From Candidatus Poribacteria bacterium (GTDB lineage Bacteria > Poribacteria > WGA-4E > PCPOR2b), in NCBI GenBank assembly GCA_965215015.1, contig OZ244042.1, forward strand, positions 1,280,001 through 1,344,000: a stretch of DNA of 64,000 nt, in the 5' to 3' direction. A program made the translations under genes and the position numbers. The notes under the pieces were generated by a model. The model was not told the DNA's origin, did not search any database, and was given only the letters and a program-made list of their open reading frames with translations. This document shows, piece by piece, positions 40,424 through 49,531 of the stretch (positions are counted from its first letter, which is position 1; every line of letters begins with the position of its first letter).

Positions 40424-41305
40424 TCAATTTCTTATGATTCCAACTTCGATAGCGGTGTCAAGGATCGGTTTATACATAGAATTATCGGCGGGGATGAACT
40501 TAGCCCTCGGAAAAGCGTTAAGTATGGCTGGGTCCGTGATGTCAATAAGGGCTTGCTGAACCTTCTTGATGAATCCTTCGCCATAAGTTTGTTCCACATC
40601 GCCGCGAATTGTCCAGTTATAGTCTGGGTACGGGGGGGTGCGCCAGATGACCTGCACCTTTTTTGGATCTACTTTGCCCGCCTCAACCTCCTTGAGCCAA
40701 ACTTTGAAATTCATTGCCCCGACCTCATAGCTACCGGCTTGAACCAGAGCCAGGGTTTTGGAATGGTCGCCACTGAAGCCGACACGCTTGAAAGCCTCAC
40801 GCGGTGCCTTCCCTCCAAATGCCTGTCGGATGAAATATTCGGGCATGAGGCGGCCTGAGGTGGATCCCTTAGAACCGAAAGTGAATGTCTTGTCTGCGAT
40901 GGCTTTCGGGAATTCCTCAGAGAATGACAATCCTGTACTCGTATTGGCGATGAAATAGGAAATGAAGTCCGGATCTTCTGTGCCTTGCGCGATAGCGACC
41001 GAGTTCGGAACAGCGATCCGGGCTTGGACGCCTGACAACCCACCGAACCAAGCCAATTGAACTTCGTTGTTCTTGAACGCCTGAACCGATGCACTGTAGG
41101 ATTTCACAGGTATGTACTTCACCGTGATGCCCAATTCCTTTGAAAGGTAACCGGCTATCTTGCCGAAACGCTCTTGCAGCCGAGTGGTATCCTGATCGGG
41201 AATAGCGGTGAATGTAAAATCGGCACCCCATGCCGATACAGTTGACAAAGTCGCAACTAACAATAATGTAACGAATTGATGATATACTTTCAAAATTGGT
41301 TTCAT
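40424..41305 (-). CDS. PhnD-like (putative phosphonate/selenate) ABC substrate-binding protein
   Basis: Signal peptide; FTAIPDQ, WFGGLSGVQAR, TFGSKGSTSGRLMP, FSGDHS, PPYPDYNW. Confidence 0.88.
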   Translation of the reverse strand: MKPILKVYHQFVTLLLVATLSTVSAWGADFTFTAIPDQDTTRLQERFGKIAGYLSKELGITVKYIPVKSYSASVQAFKNNEVQLAWFGGLSGVQARIAVPNSVAIAQGTEDPDFISYFIANTSTGLSFSEEFPKAIADKTFTFGSKGSTSGRLMPEYFIRQAFGGKAPREAFKRVGFSGDHSKTLALVQAGSYEVGAMNFKVWLKEVEAGKVDPKKVQVIWRTPPYPDYNWTIRGDVEQTYGEGFIKKVQQALIDITDPAILNAFPRAKFIPADNSMYKPILDTAIEVGIIRN

Positions 41306-41427
41306 TTGAATATTTTCTTTCCTCCGATAACTTTAACCTTGGTTGATAGCTATTAACAATCGCGATGAGTAGATAGGGGCTTTTCCCTAAATTTAACGCA
41401 AAGACGCGCCCCCTAAGAACCCAAGAA

Positions 41428-41457
41428 CCCCCCTCTATCCCCCCGCAAGCAGGGGGA
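41428..41457. repeat. CCCCC-GCAAGC-GGGGG palindromic repeat (also at 40322-40352, degenerate at ~30767-30789)
   Basis: Direct sequence comparison. Confidence 0.7.
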
Positions 41458-41953
41458 GGAGGGGCGATGCCGTTGCCCTCCCAAGGGAATGCTTACGACA
41501 TCATGGATTCACAGGTGCATCGGGATTGGAACAAGAAACCAAACCGGAACCTTCCCTTATGAAGAGGAAGACGGTTCCCTCATTTTCTTTTTTTTTGCGT
41601 CTTAGCCCCCTTGCGTCCAAGTGTTTTATTATAAGCCAGTAATGACTTATCCCCTTAAAAATATAAACGGTATAAAGATTGATGCGATTGTTTATACCGT
41701 TACCAAAACCGATTATGTGCGTCGAGCAGAGAGAATCGATACACATGTTCCTGATGAAATTGCACTATCAAGTCATCTTATCACATCTGAGCAAAAAAAA
41801 TCAAAGCGAATTATGCTGTCAATGTTCATAAATTATGTCCTTGTGTGATGGACATCATGATAGAATGTTTCATTCGTGCTTGTGACGTGAATCGCAGCGA
41901 TAAGTGGCGGAGTTCCACGCATTATTGTCGTTGCCGGCAGCGACAAAAATCCC

Positions 41954-41982
41954 TTGACTTTAACCTGCCACTCATGTATTAT
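41954..41982 (+). promoter_or_regulatory. sigma70 promoter for the 42019 gene
   Basis: TTGACT, 17 nt, TATTAT. Confidence 0.6.
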
Positions 41983-42018
41983 GTCCGAATCTCAGATGAG
42001 GGGCAAAGGATTTGAGCT

Positions 42019-43200
42019 ATGAAAATTATCGCTGCCGATCCCTTTTACCTCAAAATGCCGCAGATTACCGACGCGGCAGATGGCACACAGGACACACTTG
42101 TCGTACGTATCCAGACAGACGAGGGGATAACCGGGTGGGGCGAATGCGATGCATCGCCGCTTGTATCGTTAGCTGCGTATTGCTGCCCAATGTCACATGG
42201 GAACATCATCAATATCCGTGAATCTTTGGTTGGAGAGACGCTAGATAGTCCTAACGATGTGGTCCGCCTGCATCAAAAGGTGTTGCGTAATGGGCTCGAC
42301 ATTCAGCAGATCCATCACGCCTATAGCGGCGCAGACATCGCCTTATGGGACATCGTTGGGCGGAAGATAGGTGAGCCTGTCTACCGTCTGATTAATCCCC
42401 AGAGTCGAAGTTATTCTAAACTACCATATGCCTCTGTCCTCTTTGGCGAGACTCCCGAAGAAACCTATCAAATTGCAGCGCAATTGCGCGAACAGGGGTA
42501 TCGTGCTGCGAAGTTTGGGTGGGGACCGATAGGAAAATTCGGTGAAGAGAACGACATCGCGCTGGTTCGTGCGGCACGCGAGGGCATGGGAAAAGACGCC
42601 CAGATCATGATCGATGCCGGTGTTGTCTGGGGCAATGACTATGAAACGGCTTATGCCCGCGCGAAACGGTTCGCACAGTTTTCGCCCACATGGTTGGAAG
42701 AACCCCTCGCTCCCGACGCGATCGAAGCATACATGGGGTTATCAAAGCGGAATCCACCGGTGCCAATTGCCGCAGGTGAGGGGGCTGGGACGTATCGTAT
42801 GGCCGAGGATCTTATCTTGCATGGCGGGATTCAGTTTGTGCAGATCGATGTCGGACGCATCGGCGGCATCACAGCAGCTTTCCGCGTGCGACAACTGGCC
42901 GAACAGCATGGGATTCAATATGTGAATCACACCTTTAAAAGCCATTTAAGCCTTGCCGCTTCGCTGCATGTGTTTGCGACCAATGAATCGTTCAATCTGT
43001 TAGAGTATCCGGCTGTGGGCTCTGAGCTTTCTCAACGCTTGACGGTTGAGCGACTGGAGGTTGGATCTGATGGAAGGGTGGCGTTGACGGGTAAACCGGG
43101 ACTAGGCGTGCACGTTGATACAGAGGCGATAGGTGCATATTTAGCCCCTGTGCGGATTCAGGTTGGCAACGAGGTTATTTTTGAGTCAGTTGAACTCTAA
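42019..43200 (+). CDS. mandelate racemase/enolase superfamily protein
   Basis: TDEGITGWGE, SGADIALWDI, MIDAG, WLEEP, AAGE, QID, NH, KPGLG. Confidence 0.92.
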   Translation: MKIIAADPFYLKMPQITDAADGTQDTLVVRIQTDEGITGWGECDASPLVSLAAYCCPMSHGNIINIRESLVGETLDSPNDVVRLHQKVLRNGLDIQQIHHAYSGADIALWDIVGRKIGEPVYRLINPQSRSYSKLPYASVLFGETPEETYQIAAQLREQGYRAAKFGWGPIGKFGEENDIALVRAAREGMGKDAQIMIDAGVVWGNDYETAYARAKRFAQFSPTWLEEPLAPDAIEAYMGLSKRNPPVPIAAGEGAGTYRMAEDLILHGGIQFVQIDVGRIGGITAAFRVRQLAEQHGIQYVNHTFKSHLSLAASLHVFATNESFNLLEYPAVGSELSQRLTVERLEVGSDGRVALTGKPGLGVHVDTEAIGAYLAPVRIQVGNEVIFESVEL

Positions 43201-43392
43201 TGCTACCCTTGTTGATAAATGTTGAGGTTCATGTCAAAAGGAAAGTGCAGAGCAAAGATACACGGTACATCGCGCAACAGCCCCCCCGAACACTGCTGCA
43301 CAATGTTCATGATCGGTTGAAAACACCATTTCTTAACATGAGCGAATTTTGAAATGATTCTGTCAAGCGATTGACTGGAATCTAATAATAGA

Positions 43393-43604
43393 TAGGATTT
43401 ACGCAGTTGAAGGCTCAAAGCCAACGGCAAAAAAAGGTCGCGCCATGTTTATGGTTGGTTGAGCCAGGATTATGGCGCAATAGTCATGGTATCCTCGGAG
43501 ACTTATCACCGGACAATATAACTCACGCCGCCCAATAAATCGGGCAACTACAGTTCATCCGACAGTAGTAGGGACGCTCCGCAAACTCAAGGGCGTAACT
43601 CCTA
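43393..43604. mobile_element. MITE copy 2
   Basis: TAGGATTTACGCAGTTGAAGGCTC ... GGCGTAACTCCTA; no clean target duplication. Confidence 0.75.
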
Positions 43605-43606
43605 AA

Positions 43607-44368
43607 ATGGAGAAAAATATGATTCAAAAATATCTAGGTTTCTTGATCTTGGGTCTTGTTGTTATGACCTGTATCGTTTCTTGTGGAGATGAGGGGGAAA
43701 GGGGGACACCCGAGCCGCCTACCTCTCAGCAGCCTTCCCCGGGGGAGCCAACCCCTGAACCTTCGACCCTACAGCCATCGCAGCCGGATGAACAGATACC
43801 ACAACCCCCTGATCAACAACAGCCGCAGCCGGATGAACAGATGCCACAACCCCCTGATCAACAACAGCCGCAGCCAGTAGAACAGGTGCCGCAACCCCAA
43901 CCCGAACCACCGCTAGTTGAACAGATGCCACAACTCCAACCGGAACCAAAGCCACCGGCTGCCCTTCCGGGGCTCCCTGATGACACGGCAGGATATGATC
44001 AGTGGTTGAAGTTAAACGCTCAACCGATCCCTCCAGTGCCGGGTGGGGACCCGCATAATGGCACCAAAAATGTCTATGTCAACCAAACGCGTGAGAAGAT
44101 TGCCCCGAATGGTCAGCAAAAGTTCCCCTATCCGGATGGCACGATTGTCGTGAAGGAAGCAACTCGCCCGGGTAAAGACTTTATTGGACTGGTCGCAGTG
44201 ATGTGGAAGGAGGCAGGAAGCGATCCCGCCGCCGGTGATTGGAGATTTGAGGAATTTCTGCGAAACGCTCCGGACGCGGAATTCCGCTTGGCTTTTGAAG
44301 GAGGGATCTGCATCGGCTGCCACTCAGGAGCTGCTGCTACAGACTTTGTGTTCGTACGACTTGAATAG
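43607..44368 (+). CDS. cytochrome P460-family lipoprotein with Pro/Gln-rich linker (start may be ATG 43619)
   Basis: Lipobox-like IVSC; ~45-bp tandem repeats encoding QPDEQxPQPPDQQQP; NVYVN, YPDGTIVVKE, AVMWK, GDWRF, CIGCH, DFVF. Confidence 0.82.
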   Translation: MEKNMIQKYLGFLILGLVVMTCIVSCGDEGERGTPEPPTSQQPSPGEPTPEPSTLQPSQPDEQIPQPPDQQQPQPDEQMPQPPDQQQPQPVEQVPQPQPEPPLVEQMPQLQPEPKPPAALPGLPDDTAGYDQWLKLNAQPIPPVPGGDPHNGTKNVYVNQTREKIAPNGQQKFPYPDGTIVVKEATRPGKDFIGLVAVMWKEAGSDPAAGDWRFEEFLRNAPDAEFRLAFEGGICIGCHSGAAATDFVFVRLE

Positions 44369-44408
44369 CAGGCGATGGACAAATTGGCGTCTCTATTTTT
44401 TATGCTTT

Positions 44409-44426
44409 TAGGATTTACGCAGTTGA
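44409..44426. mobile_element. solo left end of the same MITE family
   Basis: TAGGATTTACGCAGTTGA; no matching right end seen. Confidence 0.6.
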
Positions 44427-44621
44427 CCCCTCGAATCCTTGTCGTTCGAGATTCATAGCTCGACACCCAAATGTCCATAGTGTTGATTTTAGAAAATTGA
44501 CCGACAGAGGGCCTATGTGGGTACATTTGGCAGTTTAACAGTTAGCGATTTATGTCTATCGGGACACGGGTTGAATGGCGTTCCGTGCTTTACTACGTTT
44601 AACACATAAGGAGGTTAGCAA

Positions 44622-45797
44622 TTGATATACAGGTTTCAGTTTGGATTTTTGGTCTTTTTACTCAGTGCATTATTAACTGTTTCTCTCGTTGATGATAGCA
44701 CGGCGCGTCCAGAATTTGCGGCGATGGAAGAAAAGGAGTGTAGTTTCTGCCACCTCGACCCGGCGGGTGGCGGTCCCCGTAACGCCGTTGGGCAGATTTA
44801 TGAAGATAACTACTTTGAATTTCCCGAAGATTTCGATCCGGAAGCAATTATAGAAGAGGCGGAAAAGGTCCGCCAGAGACTCACAACAGCGGTCAACATT
44901 CGTACCGCTTATATCAAAACAGTCCATGTCGATCTTGATGGACGTGCAAGGGCCAACTGTACCTCCTGTCATTCAGCTGTTGATAGCTTTCTGCTGATGC
45001 AGGGCGAGTTGACCGTTAATGCACAAGCATCGGACAAACTTAGGTTGACCGTATCCAATAACATGGGCGCACCCCTCAACATGTTTGCAACAGTTAATGC
45101 TATCCCAAAACACCTCTACGTCAAAGTGGGGCAATTCCGCATTCCCTTTGGCCTTAAACAGAGAGACCACAATATCTTGGTCCGTCAAGGCTATAACCTC
45201 GGATCGCATAAGCGGGATGTCGGCGTCGAAATCGGTGGTACATACGGCAAGGTATTCTACAATGCCGCCGTGGTCAACGGGAATCGGAGTGCTGGACAGG
45301 CTCCAGACACCAACCACGATAAGGGGTGGGTTGCGACTGCTGGCGGCACACTCGGACCCTTGCGGGGAGGCGTCTCCTTTCTCCTTGATAGACCGGTAGA
45401 TCGTGAAATGAGGGCTGGGGCGTTTTTAACAGCTGCCCACAACAATCTCACCCTTGAAGGTGAGTTCAATTTCGGGGGCAGTTTCAATGACGATGAGAGC
45501 ATCGGTTTCAGCGATGATGACATCACATCCAAAGGCTACTATTTCGGTGCGAAATATCGCGTCATGCCGGAACTGATGCTCTCCGGACGTTACGAGTTAT
45601 TCGATCCGGATCGCACGCTTAAAGGGGATGGGAGCCGGCGTGTAACGCTTGCTGCACAATATATCTTTATGCAGAATGGTTCCCTTGAGCTATTCTATTG
45701 GCTCAATATCGCGAACGATGACCGAAATAAAACAATCTCTGACCGTCAGCTTGAGGGGATAGATCAGCTCATCTTGATGTCGCATTTCTGGTTCTAG
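44622..45797 (+). CDS. cytochrome c-porin fusion (Cyc2-like architecture) with two CxxCH motifs
   Basis: TTG start with AGGAGG; signal peptide, then RPEFAAMEEKECSFCH; second motif CTSCH; porin-like VKVGQFRIPFG, RDVGVE, GRYELFDPD; ends in HFWF. Confidence 0.75.
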   Translation: MIYRFQFGFLVFLLSALLTVSLVDDSTARPEFAAMEEKECSFCHLDPAGGGPRNAVGQIYEDNYFEFPEDFDPEAIIEEAEKVRQRLTTAVNIRTAYIKTVHVDLDGRARANCTSCHSAVDSFLLMQGELTVNAQASDKLRLTVSNNMGAPLNMFATVNAIPKHLYVKVGQFRIPFGLKQRDHNILVRQGYNLGSHKRDVGVEIGGTYGKVFYNAAVVNGNRSAGQAPDTNHDKGWVATAGGTLGPLRGGVSFLLDRPVDREMRAGAFLTAAHNNLTLEGEFNFGGSFNDDESIGFSDDDITSKGYYFGAKYRVMPELMLSGRYELFDPDRTLKGDGSRRVTLAAQYIFMQNGSLELFYWLNIANDDRNKTISDRQLEGIDQLILMSHFWF

Positions 45798-45889
45798 CGC
45801 AAATTTTCAAAAGTGGCTCATGTTCAGAAACCATGCACTTTCTTTTTATATGAGTCTTAAAAGTTTGATCTATAAGGGGAAGAGATAGG

Positions 45890-46987
45890 ATGTCTACTGC
45901 AACAAGTACGATACTTGGGCTTGTTTTCCTCGGTTTGGGGAATGCTTCCGTGTTTTTGATGTATAAACTGTGGGGTTATCCCTTCGACCATGAAACCCAT
46001 ACCAGCTCGGCACCGAAATCGCTGATGTTTGTCCATCGTGCTATCGGCTATGCGTATCTGATCCTTTACATCTTCATGATGTGGCACATGGTGCCCCGCC
46101 TGTGGAATTATCAGGTCGAACTCCCACCGCGTACCGTCGCTCACCTGATGCTCGGTATTGCGATTGGCGTTTTACTTCTGATCAAAATTTCGATTCTCCG
46201 CTTCTTCCGACACTTTGAGGAAGCGATGCCTTATATCGGGACAGTGCTCTTGATATGTACTTATCTGCTGATTGGTCTCTCCATACCCTTTACATTGCGG
46301 GAAAGTGCCCTGCGCGTCAGGGGCAATGTTTTCAGCGATGCTAGCCTCCAACGGACGCATACGCGACTACAAATGGCGGGATTGCCGCCCGATGTGCCGC
46401 TTGATAAGCTGGCTACAAGGCGGAAATTGCGCGAAGGGCAGGACGTTCTATTGAAGAAATGTGTTCAGTGCCACGATTTGCGAACTATCTTAGCGCGTCC
46501 ACGCACCCCGCCGGATTGGGTGCGGACGGTCGATCGGATGGCAATTAAGCCGATGATAGGGGAGCCAATTACCCTAGAAGATCAGTGGACGGTGTCCGCA
46601 TATCTGATTGCTATTACGCCTGAACTGCAAATTTCAGCGAAAGCGCAGCGGAAGCAGCGAATGCAGGTCAGTCAAGCGCAAAACGTTTTAGCTGTTTTGA
46701 CCAATCCTGATGCGGTGGCCGATGAAGTGATTGTGAACCCGGATGAGGTTGAGAAGATGGAGGAAACAACAGCTGAAGATACCTATGATCCAGAAGCTGC
46801 GAAGGAGTTGTTTGAAATTACCTGCTCCCTCTGCCATGACCTTTCAGACGTTGATAATGTCCCACCGACATCAGAGGGGGAGACCACGGAGCTTATCGCT
46901 CGCATGATCGATAACGGGCTTTTCCTCGAAGAGGAAGATATCAAAATCATCGCTCGGTATCTAAATGAAACCTATGTGAATCCGTGA
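45890..46987 (+). CDS. inner-membrane protein (about 4 TM helices, His-bearing) fused to two c-type heme domains
   Basis: Hydrophobic helices containing HRAIG and AHLMLG; CVQCH...W..TVDRM; CSLCH...IARM. Confidence 0.8.
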   Translation: MSTATSTILGLVFLGLGNASVFLMYKLWGYPFDHETHTSSAPKSLMFVHRAIGYAYLILYIFMMWHMVPRLWNYQVELPPRTVAHLMLGIAIGVLLLIKISILRFFRHFEEAMPYIGTVLLICTYLLIGLSIPFTLRESALRVRGNVFSDASLQRTHTRLQMAGLPPDVPLDKLATRRKLREGQDVLLKKCVQCHDLRTILARPRTPPDWVRTVDRMAIKPMIGEPITLEDQWTVSAYLIAITPELQISAKAQRKQRMQVSQAQNVLAVLTNPDAVADEVIVNPDEVEKMEETTAEDTYDPEAAKELFEITCSLCHDLSDVDNVPPTSEGETTELIARMIDNGLFLEEEDIKIIARYLNETYVNP

Positions 46988-47021
46988 AGTGGTTGAGCAA
47001 AAATGCCATATTTTAACCTAA

Positions 47022-47209
47022 TAGGATTTACGCAGTTGAAGGCTCAAAACCAGTCTCCTTTGAGAGAGCCTTGGACCTGTAGTTCAGCGATTTATCGCCG
47101 CACCTAACAACTTTCACTGCCCGATTCATCGGACAACTACAGTAGGTGTACTATTAAGTATCCGTAGGGAACGCCGATCGATGTTCCCTACGGAAGTGCG
47201 TAACTCCTA
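47022..47209. mobile_element. MITE copy 3
   Basis: TIRs TAGGATTTACGCA / TGCGTAACTCCTA; 5-bp duplication CCTAA on both sides; carries GTAG-REP-like palindromes. Confidence 0.88.
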
Positions 47210-47269
47210 CCTAAGTTGCTAGTTGATAAACCGATTGCGTTATTTTAATATTTCCGCTGAAAAGTTGTG

Positions 47270-48103
47270 TTATCCTTGCGATCGGTTGCTCTCCAACTCG
47301 GTCATCATCCGCAAATTCAACAGATGGGTCATGGTTCCTCCCGCCGCTGGAATCAATCGCCCTGTGTCGTATATCTTCATCGCGGCGATGGCGGCATAGG
47401 CGATATCTTCCGGTTTGCCCGGGCGAAACATGAAAACATACCCCTTTTCCGATGCCTCCTCATAATCTGGGATACGAAGCCGCGACAAATCTGTGTTGAT
47501 AACACCCGCCTCAATGCCGTTGACTTTAATCCCCTCCTCTGCCAACCGGCCCGCGTAGACCTTCATATCCATCTCCAAGCCCGCCTTAGAAATGCAATAG
47601 GCAGCGCGGTTGTCAGACGCGAGCGAGTCTGAAATAGATAGGGTATAAACAATACATCCACGGACTCCCTCGGCGATCATGTAATTCGCAACCCGTTGCG
47701 TCAAAAAGTGCGGTGCTTTGAGATTGGTTTTAATGAGAATGTCGAAATCTTCTTCAGATTCTTCGAGAATGTCGGCGATACGCGTAATGCCCGCATTGTT
47801 GACCAGAATATCGACTCTGCTGAAGGCGTCAACCGCTGTATCAAGCAATCTCTGATGCTGTGCAAGATCGCTGACATCCGCTTGCAAGATGACTGCCTTT
47901 CGACCGAGTTTTTCAATTTCAGCCTTGACTTCTTCTGCCGCTTCACGGTTGTAGTTATAATTAACAAGGACATCCGTCCCTTGCCGTGCGAGCTCAACCG
48001 CAATCGCTCTCCCAATCCCTCGACTTGAGCCGGTGACAATTGCGCTTTTGCCCTGCAGCGAAACGTCTGTTGCGAAAAATCCCAGATCTTGCTCTAAAGA
48101 CAT
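47270..48103 (-). CDS. short-chain dehydrogenase/reductase
   Basis: TGSSRGIG, DILVNNAG, YCISK; ATG 48103 with AGGAG. Confidence 0.93.
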   Translation of the reverse strand: MSLEQDLGFFATDVSLQGKSAIVTGSSRGIGRAIAVELARQGTDVLVNYNYNREAAEEVKAEIEKLGRKAVILQADVSDLAQHQRLLDTAVDAFSRVDILVNNAGITRIADILEESEEDFDILIKTNLKAPHFLTQRVANYMIAEGVRGCIVYTLSISDSLASDNRAAYCISKAGLEMDMKVYAGRLAEEGIKVNGIEAGVINTDLSRLRIPDYEEASEKGYVFMFRPGKPEDIAYAAIAAMKIYDTGRLIPAAGGTMTHLLNLRMMTELESNRSQG

Positions 48104-48117
48104 ATTGTTCTCCTGTT

Positions 48118-49515
48118 TCATGCCCTACGTTTTCTCGCAGCGGCAAATTTTCCGTCTCGTTCTTTCTGTTTGTCGTGAGAATTTGGCTCTGGTTTTGCAT
48201 CTGTAGACCGATAGTAAATTCGTAGTGGCGTTCCGCTGAATCCGAACGCCTCACGAATACCGTTCATCAGATAGGCTTCATAATGGGGCTGGATTTTATT
48301 GGCATGGCGAGCAAAGAGCAAAAAGGTTGGCGGTTGGGTCTTGATCTGCGTCATATATTTCAGAGACGGGCGGACACCTCCAGAGCGCGGGGGTTGATGG
48401 GCATTTTTGAGGTGTGCGAGCAGATTGTTTAACTCGTGGGTGGTGATACTCGTTGAATACTCACGATAAATGGTGAGTGTGAGATCCAGAAGCTTCATCA
48501 CACGCAGATCTGTAACCGCCGAAACAAAGAGCAGCGGAACATAGAATAGCTGCGGCATTTGGCGTCGGATCGATTCTACAAACTGATTAAAGGTGGAATT
48601 GTCTTTAGCAATTAGATCCCATTTGTTGACCGCTAGAATGCACGGTTTCCCCTGTCTTGCGATGTAGCTGCCAATAGTTTTATCTTGATGCGCGATTTCG
48701 CGGGTGGCATCGACAACGAGCCATGAAATATCGCTTTTACGAATACTACGGATGGCACGTTGGACGGTTGATTGTTCAAGCTGGCTATTAATGGCAGATT
48801 TCCGGCGCATCCCTGCTGTATCGATTAGCTCAAACGACACGGCGTCATGGGTAAAGCTGATATTTACCGCATCCCGCGTTGTGCCGGGACGATCATCGAC
48901 AATCATCCGATCTTCGCCGAGAATTGCGTTGATAAGGGACGATTTGCCTGCATTCGGGCGACCAACAATAGCAATTTTAATCGGGCCGGTAACGGCATCG
49001 GGGCTTGCTGTCTCTGCTTCCGGCATGGCAAACACAACTTCGTCAAGAAGAATGTTAATCCCCATGTTCTGTGCACACGAAGTGAAAAAAGGTTCACCGA
49101 GTGCAAGTTGGTAAAATTCAGTTCCCTCGGTTTCCAACCGGGCGTTATCTGCTTTATTGACAACGACAAAAATCTGTTTGTCTGTTTTTCTCAGCATGTC
49201 TGCAATAAGCAGATCTTGGGGCATAATTCCCGTCTGTGCGTCAACGACAAACAAGATAACCGTTGCCTCGTTCAAAGCTACTTCGACCTGCCACTGTACG
49301 CTATTGATGAGGTGGTCTTCCGGGTCAAGATCTAAACCACCGGTATCCACAATGGTAAAGTGACCATCCCCCCACTCGACATCGGCGTAAATCCTGTCTC
49401 GCGTTACACCGGGCTGATCGTGGATGACAGCGATCCGCTTTTTCGCAATCAAATTGAAGAGGGACGATTTCCCTACATTGGGTCTCCCAACGATTGCGAC
49501 AATTGGTTGTGCCAT
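48118..49515 (-). CDS. der: ribosome biogenesis GTPase Der
   Basis: Two G domains: GRPNVGKS/DTGG/NKAD and GRPNAGKS/DTAG/NKWD; C-terminal PPTF..FGFSGTP. Confidence 0.97.
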   Translation of the reverse strand: MAQPIVAIVGRPNVGKSSLFNLIAKKRIAVIHDQPGVTRDRIYADVEWGDGHFTIVDTGGLDLDPEDHLINSVQWQVEVALNEATVILFVVDAQTGIMPQDLLIADMLRKTDKQIFVVVNKADNARLETEGTEFYQLALGEPFFTSCAQNMGINILLDEVVFAMPEAETASPDAVTGPIKIAIVGRPNAGKSSLINAILGEDRMIVDDRPGTTRDAVNISFTHDAVSFELIDTAGMRRKSAINSQLEQSTVQRAIRSIRKSDISWLVVDATREIAHQDKTIGSYIARQGKPCILAVNKWDLIAKDNSTFNQFVESIRRQMPQLFYVPLLFVSAVTDLRVMKLLDLTLTIYREYSTSITTHELNNLLAHLKNAHQPPRSGGVRPSLKYMTQIKTQPPTFLLFARHANKIQPHYEAYLMNGIREAFGFSGTPLRIYYRSTDAKPEPNSHDKQKERDGKFAAARKRRA

Positions 49516-49531
49516 GAGTTACCCCCTTTTC

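Noticed and set aside
41480-41600. Hairpin-rich leader upstream of the PhnD-like gene as a riboswitch
   Set aside because: No TPP, SAM, FMN or cobalamin consensus recognisable by eye; an Rfam search would be needed
43782-43940. ~45-bp tandem repeats as a non-coding array
   Set aside because: In frame, encoding the Pro/Gln linker of the P460-like lipoprotein
43393-47209. Composite transposon carrying the cytochrome cluster between MITE copies 2 and 3
   Set aside because: The outer flanks (ATAGA and CCTAA) do not match, and copy 3 has its own target duplication, indicating independent insertion
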